Of a stretch of 64,000 nt of DNA, positions 56,282-64,000 are shown piece after piece. Made by a program: the position numbers and the translations under genes. The notes beneath the pieces are model-generated. The model was not told where the DNA came from. It made no database searches and saw nothing but the letters and a program-made list of their open reading frames with translations. Positions within the stretch are counted from its first letter, which is position 1. The number at the start of each line of letters is the position of its first letter. This stretch comes from an uncultured Verrucomicrobiae bacterium (GTDB lineage Bacteria; Verrucomicrobiota; Verrucomicrobiia; Chthoniobacterales; UBA10450), in NCBI GenBank assembly GCA_963848215.1, contig CAWKCU010000012.1, positions 16,684-80,683 on the forward strand. Reading direction: 5' to 3'.

Positions 56282-58094
56282 TTACCGCGTAGATCCGGGG
56301 CGCGTTCGGGCCGGACTCATGGCTGGCCGGCTGGCGAACACGGGCACGTCGGCGAGCTGCGCGGCCATTCGTTGGCCCGCGGCCTTCAGGGAGAGCTTTT
56401 CTTTCGCCTCGGCCTGGCCGATCGCGCCGAGGGCGGAAGCTTCAGCCTGATTTTCGTAACATTGCCGCATGAGAGCGGCGGCCTGCTCGATGGAAGGATC
56501 GGCCCAGTGATTGCCGCCTTTGTAAATCGGATTGTCGTTGGGAATTTCGGTGAGGGTGTAATCGACCAGCAGGCTGTTCCCGGGATGCATGAAGGCGAGG
56601 TTGCCGGAGTAGTTGGTGGCGATCGTCGGTTTGCCCATCAACATCGCTTCGGCCAGGCAAAGGCCGAAACCTTCGGCGCGATGGAGGGAGACGAAGCAGT
56701 CGCACATCTGGATGAATCCGTAAGCCCGGGCGCGGGAGAGCACTTCATCCACGACGATGGCGCCGGCTTCGCGCGCGGCCTGCTCCAGCGCGGCGAAAGC
56801 TTCCGGATGCGAACGGCCGCGGCTGACTTTGATGACGAGGCTGGCGTGGTCGGTCGGACGAAAGGCGTCGCGAAAGGCGCGGATCACGGCGAGCGGGTTC
56901 TTGCGCACCATCTGGCTGCACATGTCGAACATGAACAGGAAAACGTAATTCCTCTCGGGAATGCCGAGCTCGGCTTTCGTCACCGTTTCGATCTCGCTCA
57001 ACTCCACGCCGGGCAGGACCTGATGGACGGGCACCGGCATGCGGTGGCGGAAAGCGTCCGCCACAAAACCGGTCGGGGCCCAGATCGCGTCGAGCAACGG
57101 CGTGAGCTCCGCCCATTCTTCCGGAATCGTATCGAGCTCCCAGGCCCAATAGGCGATGCGGTAAATCCCGGAGCGGCGGAGGAGGCCGCCACGTTCGTAG
57201 GCCACGGAAAAGTAGGGCTGCGGCGCGACGTTGATGATGGTGACCGGGAAAACTTCCAGGCCGAGAAACGGCGCGCGATCTTCGACGTCGAAACAGGGAA
57301 AGGCGGAGACGTCGCGGCAGGAAACGCCGAAGTCCGCGGTTTCCAGCGCGCGCTTGGTGAAGAGCGCGGCCTGCTGGATGCCGGAGGGATAACTGAAATG
57401 GCTCAGGATGTTGACCCCGCGGCGGACGTTACGCCTCTTGTTCGCCCGGAGCATGCAGCAGGGTGGGGCGAGCCGGCGCGTCACTCCGTTTCCCATTGTC
57501 TGCGTTGCCTGAGGCGCCATTCGAACGGTTGTGATGCAGGAGCATTTCTTCCGCGGCGGGCACCACGGAATCGAGCGCGTTTCTGGAAGCGAACGCGGGA
57601 TAGCGCGGAAATTCCTGACGCAGCCAGCGGAGAAGCTCCTCTTTTCCCGCCGAGGTAGGGCCGGCCGGGAACTGTTTTTGCCAGGAGAGATTGATGAGCC
57701 AGGTCTTGAAAACCATCTGCGGGACTTGCTCCGCGGTCTCGTGGAGGAACCAGAGAATCTCGGCGGCGCTCAGGTTGTGTTTGGCGCGGCCTTCGCGGAG
57801 CAGCCATTTCACGAATCGCTTCTGGCCGACCGGCAGCAGGCCAAAAGGAAAGCGTGTCTGGATTTTCGGAGAACGGAGATACAACTCGAGGACCCGCTTG
57901 CCTGGATCGCTCCGGAACGCCGTGGAAATGTTTTCGACCGCGCGGCGCGAAAGGCCCAGCGTCATGGCCGCGCTCGTGCAAAGCCATTCGCAGTAGGAGC
58001 CCTCTTCGCCTTCGGAGATGGCGCAGGGAAAGCGGCGCCGCAGCCGGCGGCTGTTACGCAACATGCCCGAGGCGAGCCGGGCCGCTCCATCCAC
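56282..58094 (-). CDS. GT4 family glycosyltransferase with N-terminal accessory domain (catalytic part intact; frameshift near 57440-57480, may extend to about 58330)
   Basis: ORF 56282..57520 has VNILSHFSYPSGIQQAA..., VSLHRAEGFGLCLAEAMLMGKPTIATNYSGNLAFM. The upstream ORF 57429..58094 (FPFGLLPVGQKRFVKWLLREG...) is in another frame. A further indel near 58200 is suggested by LNLLHALKLLHLLFPHL. Confidence 0.75.
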
Positions 58095-58373
58095 CGAGCC
58101 CTCGGCATCTGCAGGCGACCAGACGTTCAGGTTCGGTCCCGCATGGTCCGCCGAAAAGTGGAGCGCTTTACGGCGATAAACATCGAAGCTATCGGCCGCC
58201 TTGCCGGAGGTGGGGGAAAAGAAGGTGGAGCAGCTTCAAGGCGTGGAGCAGGTTAAGAGTGCGCTTGGCGAACGCGGCCGTTGCATGCTCGCTTTTTTTG
58301 GAACGCCTGCAAGCAGAACGCCCCCAGCCCGCCGGAAGCGAGCTCGGGGCGTGAAATGCCCGGAGTGTTCGAG

Positions 58374-61188
58374 TTAGTTCGGTCCGAATCTCTGGCGATA
58401 CTCGAACGAGCTGATGAAGGCCTTCACCATCTCGGAGGCAACGAAGTCGCCGTTGAAGCTATTGAGCTTGTTAGCCAGAAGTTGAACCCAGCCGTGTCGG
58501 GGTCGCGCCGGAGATAACCGAAGTATTCCATGGCGACGAAGGCGGCGTTGAACTCGCGCATGCTTCAGCTCCGCCTGCTCGGAGACTTTCCGCAGCACGG
58601 TCGCGCGCGTCTCGGTGGCGCCATTCAGGCCTGCCACAAGTGAATTACGGAAAGCGTCATCTGCGGCCGGAAATGTTGCCCCGGATCTCGCCGCCGCCGA
58701 ACTGCGACGTGTGGAAGTTAATATAGGCGCGACCTTCCCGGAGATTCGAGAGTTGCGCGGCCAGGGTGGTGTCTGTTCCCTTCCGGCGCGTCCCACTTGG
58801 CGCTGAACCGACCCGCCGACACCGCTGGGAAGGGCGTGACCACGGCGTCGTTAGGATTGTTGTCGTTGAACGGCGTTCCGATGAAACCAAAGACCACCCC
58901 GCCATTCGTCGTCGGCGTGACGGTCGCGCTGGCATGGATATGGGCGTTGGTGAGGTTGTCGTTCGTGTCCGCGGATTTGCGAACCGGTGAAGTCGATGTT
59001 GTTCACCGTGCACGTCAAGCGTCAGCGCAGTTCTGGGCGCCGTTGAACTGAACGTCGCCGTTCCGGACGAGGCCGGCCTGCGGACTGCCCCCGGTCGTGG
59101 GGTTCGCGGGCGGATTCTCCTGGGCGTTCGTCAGGTTGACGATGAAAGTCGCACCTCGGCGGGAGCAGGTTCGCGCTGGCCAGAAGAGTCGTCGACATAC
59201 TGCTCGTTCGTCAGCGCGGAGGGATATTTTGTAACGAACTCCGGCCGGGTGACGAACTCATTGTAATAGGCGACCTTGTTAGCCTCGAGCTTGCGCGTCC
59301 GAGCCCGGTTGGCCGAAAACCACGTCCTTATTGAGGGCCTCCAAGTCGCGCATGAACTGGCCGTAGAGGACCGGAGTACGGAGCCGCCCAAGCACTCGCG
59401 CCGAACGCAGCCCGATGGGTGAGATAGGCGGCGAGGCCGGAATTCTGGAATTCGATCGAAAGGAAGAACGCCGCCGAGACATGGATGCGCTTCACCTCGA
59501 TGCATTGCGGGTCGGCTGCCGCAGGAGGTGATCTCGTTCGTCCAGAAGGCGAATCCGCTCGGGTCCGGCTCGCGATGCAGGAAGTCGAGGTAATGCTGGC
59601 GAACGAAGAACGAAGCGTCGTCGATCGGGTTGGTCGCGGGAGCGCCCGTATCGTCGTCGATGATCGTCATCTCAGCGACGTTGGGTGTGCCCAGCCCGCT
59701 GCCGGCACCGGTCGGGTTGCTCAGGATGAGATTGATGACTTCGTCGTTTTCGTCAAAAGCGTCGTTGACCAGGAGCAAGGTGAAGGTTTTGCTCGTTTCA
59801 CCCGGCCCGAAGGTGACTTTCCCCAGCGCGATTTCGTAGTCCGATTTTTGCGAGGCGTGGTCGGGCTGGCTCTCGTCGTAGGTGGCGTAGTTGACGGTGG
59901 CGCCGCTGGAGACATCTCCATCCCGCGTGACCGTAATCTCAATGCTCCCAGTTCCCTCGTTCACGGCATAATTATCGGCGCTGAATTGAATCAACGAGGT
60001 GGCCGTAGCCGTGGTCGGATTGAGCGCGCCGAAGAGTCCATGCTCCTCCTCGGCGATACCGGCGGTGAAGTAGAGAGTGTCAACGTCGCCGCCTGAGCCG
60101 TCATTTCCGAATCTCAGGGCCCAGAGCTCATCAATCACGATGCCGAGGCCCGACTCATCCTGAAGGGTCCCCAGGAAAGCGCCGGTGGTGGGATTGTAAG
60201 CATGAATGCTCGGATTGCCTTCGCCGAAATTGCCTACCAGGAGCGCGCCGCCGAAGATGCCGAAGCTGGCTGGCGCCTGGGCGAGGCCCCAGGGCGAATT
60301 TAGCGCGCCATTGTTGATGCCGAAGGTCAGGTCACGGACGCCATTCGCATTAAACCGGCGCACGAAACCGTTGCCCACGCCCTCCTCGTCGAGACCCGTC
60401 ATGGGATTTACCTTGGCGTACATCACGTAAAGAGAGTTGCCGATGGCCTGGATGTTAAAGGGATGGAAGGTGTTCCCAGGCGTTGTCGGGATGGTCGGGT
60501 CGGCGAACGGGAACGACGCCTCAGGTTGCAGGGCGAAGCTTGAGTTAAATACGTCGATCTTGCCGTTCGCGAAGTCAGCAGCATAAATAAAATTTCCCGA
60601 TCCGTTGTTGGCGTAGGCCAGGCCGGTATAGACGTGCCCGGGATGGCTCGCTCCGATGACCGCCGTTGTCGAACCGGCTGCGGGCGCATTCGGGTCCCAT
60701 CCAGTGATGTTTCCCGTAAGCGACGCAAAGAGGAAATTGGCCCCGCAAGGTGCTGCGGCGCACGCTCCTGGCAGGACAAACTCACTCGCGACAGGGTTCA
60801 CGACAGTGCCTGTGGGCCCTCCGCTGGGAATGGTCACGACGGAGAGACCGGGATTTTTGACGACAGGGGCGCCACCGACGTCGCCGCGATAGAGCGTCGA
60901 GGTGTGGGTGCCTTCGTTCGCGATCCAGAAGGGGCTGGTCGCGGAGGACGTCATACCCCATGGATTGACGAGCAGTGGGTCCTGGACAAAGGCGACGCCG
61001 GGCAGGTCCGAGACGAAGTTCGTCTGGCGATACGCCGAGCCCGGCGCGATCACGGGCACGGTGTTGCCTTCTCCCATCACGGTCGGGAGCGACGGCGCGA
61101 TCAGAAATCCAAAGGCTAAAAGGGAAAGCGCTGAGGCAGCGTAGAGGTTTTTCTTGGCGGGCCCATTGGCTGATTTCAGGTGACTCAT
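58374..61188 (-). pseudogene. large secreted protein: TIGR03118-like beta-propeller + Calx-beta + DUF4214 interrupted by a CHRD domain (5' 1.7 kb intact, 3' third with about 7 frameshifts)
   Basis: YRQTNFVSDLPGVAFVQDPLLVNPWGM...LYVMYAK...GNFGEGNPSIHAYNP (propeller). IQFSADNYAVNEGTGSIEITVTRDGD...VINLILSNPTG (Calx-beta). FFVRQHYLDFLHREPDPSGFAFWTNEITSCG (DUF4214 start). ATFIVNLTNAQENPP...AYINFHTSQFGGGEIRGNI (CHRD). ATVLRKVSEQ...NSFNGDFVASEMVKAFISSFEYRQRFG (DUF4214 end). Confidence 0.65.
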
Positions 61189-61364
61189 ATCGATTGTCTC
61201 CTTGTTAGAACTCTGGATTTTCCGCGGTCGATCTGGCGAATGCCAGCCGCTCGCATCGCGCCGAGGGTGACAGGACGGTCAAACAGGCTCAAGCCTAAAA
61301 AAGTTACAATCCTGTTACCGTTGCGGCCACGGATTGGCCCTTCTCCGGATAGACGTTAGTTACA

Positions 61365-61934
61365 TCAGCCGCAGCAAGTTGCTGCCGAGCATGGCGCTGT
61401 TATAGACAAAGTAGAAAACGGCGAAGCCGGAATGATACCGGGCCGATTTCGTAAACGCCGCGATCGCACACAGCACGATGAAGAGCAGCATCGACCCGCG
61501 TAGAGCGGGCCCAGCGAGCGGAAATGCTCCCACCCTTTCAAAAGCGTATCGACAATATCGATAGCGAAATTCATCCCGATGAGCACGAAGATACCGCGGT
61601 GATGCTCGTAGTAATGCTGGCGCCAGTCTTTGATCGGCTCGCCTTCCTGCTCATTGGGAAAGAGGAGCGCGGAAGCCAGGTAAAGCGTGATGGGCGCGAC
61701 CAGGAGCCAGAGAACGAGGAAAAGCGACCACTGCTCGATGTTGCGCCAGCGATACTGCACCCACCAGGTAATGATCACGGTCATGAGCACGTTCACCATC
61801 CAGAGTGAATGCACCCAGTAGGCAGGGGTGCGTTTTCGTGTCTGAAGCAATTGGCCGATCCCGCCGACCAGCCGCGTCATCGCCAGGCCGGCTACGATGG
61901 AAGTGAGAATGCAGACGTAGCTGAACGGGTCCAT
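61365..61934 (-). CDS. hypothetical polytopic membrane protein (frameshift near the 3' end)
   Basis: MDPFSYVCILTSIVAGLAMTRLVGG...WWVQYRW...LVLWLLVAPITLYLASALLF. The last 40 or so codons turn Cys/Ser/Arg-rich, while an alternative frame stays hydrophobic. Confidence 0.5.
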   Translation of the reverse strand: MDPFSYVCILTSIVAGLAMTRLVGGIGQLLQTRKRTPAYWVHSLWMVNVLMTVIITWWVQYRWRNIEQWSLFLVLWLLVAPITLYLASALLFPNEQEGEPIKDWRQHYYEHHRGIFVLIGMNFAIDIVDTLLKGWEHFRSLGPLYAGRCCSSSCCVRSRRLRNRPGIIPASPFSTLSITAPCSAATCCG

Positions 61935-62071
61935 GGCGCGCGTGGCCGAACAGATTGACGAAGCGCCGGCGGATCTGTCGAGGCGCTTTCTTGTTCGGGC
62001 GTCTGCTCCGCGTCGCGTCGGTGATCGATCTTTCCATTCGGCGCGCAGGCCGTTAGAAAGCGAACTCGCCC

Positions 62072-63490
62072 ATGAAACTACTGTCCTTTTCTATCGGCCT
62101 CGCCGCGACGCTGATCGCCTCTTCTTCGCTTGTTATTGCGGAGAGCAAAGTGGCTCTGGTGAACGGAACCGTCATCGATCCGGCCACCGCCAAAGTAATG
62201 CCGAACGCGGTTGTAATTGTCGAAGGCGATAAAATCGCCGCGGTCGGCGATCAGTCCACGGCGATTTCAACGAAGGATGCACGCGTCGTCGATTGCCAGG
62301 GCAAATTCATCCTGCCCGGTTATATCGACACGCATGTCCATTTCTTCCAATCGGGAGACATTTTCACCCGGCCGGATGCGATCGACCTCACCGCCGTGCG
62401 CTCCTACAAGGACGAGCACGCCTGGATCGAGAAAAATTTAGGCGACACCTTCGCGCGGTATCTTCGTTGCGGAATCACCTCCGTCGTCGACGTCGGCGGG
62501 CCGATGTGGAATTTCAAGGTTCGCAAACTGGCCAACGCCGCGGAGAAAGCGCCGCGCGTGGCGGTGGCCGGCCCGCTCATTTCGAGCGTCTCGCGTCCGC
62601 AGCTCGTGCTGAATGACGATCCGCCGATTGTGAAGATCGAGACGCCGGAGCAAGGCCGTGAGCTGGTCCGGAAAGTCGCGCCGGAGAAGCCCGATTACGT
62701 CAAGATTTGGTACATCGTAAACGCCGAGAACCCGGTCGAAAAATTCCGGGCGGTTGTCCAGGCGGTGATTGAGGAAAGCCATCGGCTGAAATTACGCGTC
62801 GCCGTGCATGCGACCGAGCTCGAGGCGGCCCGCGCCGCAGTCGAGGATGGCGCGGACCTCCTGGTCCATAGCGTAACCGACAAACTGGTCGATGAGCGGT
62901 TCGTTGCGCTGCTCAAGGAAAAGGGGACGATCCTGACCCCGACGCTGGTCGTTTTCGAACGCTACGGACGCACCTTCGCGAACAAGCTCGAGCTCACGCC
63001 CGAAGAAAAAGCGTGGGGCAATCCGGAAGTGATCGCCTCTCTCGACGTCACAAAACTGCCGGCCGACAAGTTGCCCGATCGCCTGAAGACCGCGATGGCG
63101 AAACCCGAAGGCGTGCTCGCCGGAATCCAGAAGACGTACGACGTCGCGCTGAAGAATTTGAAAACGCTTCAGGACGGCGGCGTCACCATCGCTACTGGAA
63201 CGGACGCCGGGAACGTTGGCACCATCCACGGCCCCGCCATTTTTCGCGAGTTTCAGCTTATGAAAGAAGCCGGGCTCACGCCGATACAGATCCTTCAGTG
63301 CACCACCGCCAACGCCGCCCGGACTTTCGGCGGTGAGACCGGCGCAAGAATCGGCTCGCTCAAGAGCGGTCACTTCGCGGACCTCGTTATTCTCAAATCG
63401 AATCCGCTCGATGACATCAAGAACACCTCTGACATCGATGGCGTGATGAAGAACGGTGTGCTCCACAGCGCCGAAACCCTGCTCAAATAA
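62072..63490 (+). CDS. amidohydrolase family protein, secreted (intact)
   Basis: 472 aa with a signal peptide, PGYIDTHVHF, VAVHAT, ATGTDAG, HFADLVILKSNPLDD. Confidence 0.85.
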   Translation: MKLLSFSIGLAATLIASSSLVIAESKVALVNGTVIDPATAKVMPNAVVIVEGDKIAAVGDQSTAISTKDARVVDCQGKFILPGYIDTHVHFFQSGDIFTRPDAIDLTAVRSYKDEHAWIEKNLGDTFARYLRCGITSVVDVGGPMWNFKVRKLANAAEKAPRVAVAGPLISSVSRPQLVLNDDPPIVKIETPEQGRELVRKVAPEKPDYVKIWYIVNAENPVEKFRAVVQAVIEESHRLKLRVAVHATELEAARAAVEDGADLLVHSVTDKLVDERFVALLKEKGTILTPTLVVFERYGRTFANKLELTPEEKAWGNPEVIASLDVTKLPADKLPDRLKTAMAKPEGVLAGIQKTYDVALKNLKTLQDGGVTIATGTDAGNVGTIHGPAIFREFQLMKEAGLTPIQILQCTTANAARTFGGETGARIGSLKSGHFADLVILKSNPLDDIKNTSDIDGVMKNGVLHSAETLLK

Positions 63491-63500
63491 CGTTGCGGCG

Positions 63501-63691
63501 GTCATCCCGAGCCGCCGCGCAGACGGCGAGGGACCTCGCGGTCGCTTGAAGATCACCCAAACAGAAAAACGGCTTCATCGACAGCCTGCGCTTGATGATC
63601 GCGAAAGCGTTTCTTGTGTGGCGGCTCCTGCGACTGTGCGGTCGGCGCTCCTCCCTTGGTCGCGGTCCCGGTCTGCGCGGCCCGGGATGAC
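63501..63691. mobile_element. MITE-like element, family C copy 3
   Basis: Left end GTCATCCCGAGCCGCCGCGCAGACGGCGAGGGACCTCGC. Right end inverted, ...CGCGGCCCGGGATGAC. Confidence 0.55.
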
Positions 63692-63763
63692 ACGCCTGAT
63701 TCCCGCCAGAACTCAGCTCGTTTTGCTCGCGTCCGGACGTGAACTGAACTGAAATGGCGGGAT

Positions 63764-64000
63764 ATGGTGAAGAGATCGCTCTTAATGATGGTTGCGCTGT
63801 TCGCCCTGGTGGCGCGCGCCGGCGACAAGCAGAAGGTCAACGTTTCCAAAATCCACGGCCGCATCCAGTTCGTGGACAGCTTCGGGGATTATAAGGTGAA
63901 GGCCGTGACCAGCTTCCCCGACCTCCGGGTTGAAATCGTCACGAGCCATCCAAGCGCCCCCGGCCAATGGCAGATCGTCGACTCCTTCCCCGACTACAAG
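63764..64000 (+). CDS. hypothetical secreted protein, 5' partial at window edge, with repeated (V/I)DSFxDYK motif
   Basis: ATG at 63764, with MVKRSLLMMVALFALVARA signal. FVDSFGDYKVKAVTSFPDLRVEIV...IVDSFPDYK stays open in frame to the end of the window. Confidence 0.5.
   Translation, partial: MVKRSLLMMVALFALVARAGDKQKVNVSKIHGRIQFVDSFGDYKVKAVTSFPDLRVEIVTSHPSAPGQWQIVDSFPDYK

Noticed and set aside
56126-57658. 510-aa plus-strand ORF
   Set aside because: It is antisense to an intact GT4 glycosyltransferase with clear family motifs. Its composition is dominated by Arg/Gly/Ala/Glu, and I recognise no domain in it.

Overview
GC-rich bacterial chromosomal window with most genes on the minus strand. 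All family names come from my own motif recognition, not from a database search. The taxon guess (soil Verrucomicrobiota or Acidobacteriota-like) is inference only.

Content from left to right:
(i) 0.3-9 kb: small enzyme genes. These are a PEP-CTERM-like protein, a class-C-type serine hydrolase, an amidohydrolase, a CcsA-type cytochrome c biogenesis protein, a CtlX-like hydrolase, an amphi-Trp protein, a truncated haemoglobin and a subclass B3 metallo-beta-lactamase.
(ii) 9.07-10.68 kb: a compositionally foreign two-gene cassette, DUF5131 (phage Gp37/Gp68 three-Cys family) plus TcmP, next to a broken transporter remnant. Its function is unknown, and it is my best candidate for an undescribed system.
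(iii) 10.9-38.7 kb: a core block. It holds ppa, two S9 peptidases, VapBC, a POT transporter, a collagen-like surface protein, DUF4331, SDR, TPR, a DEAD-box helicase, an ADOP permease, rplQ-rpoA, LemA-TPM-TPM, scpB, glmM and a sigma-54 activator.
(iv) 39-40 kb: an iGluR-like ligand-gated channel.
(v) 40.8-58 kb: an envelope glycosylation island of about 17 kb. It has three GT-C membrane glycosyltransferases (two clearly GT39/ArnT-like), YfhO, three GT4 enzymes and three SAM methyltransferases. A large TIGR03118/Calx-beta/DUF4214/CHRD secreted protein follows.

I saw no rRNA, tRNA, CRISPR, integrase or transposase genes. The intergenic space is saturated with at least five families of short palindromic or MITE-like repeats; one copy sits in frame inside a peptidase gene. 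Many accessory genes are interrupted by 1-2 nt indels, whereas about 17 kb of housekeeping genes is intact. I cannot tell from the sequence whether these indels are real decay or assembly error.
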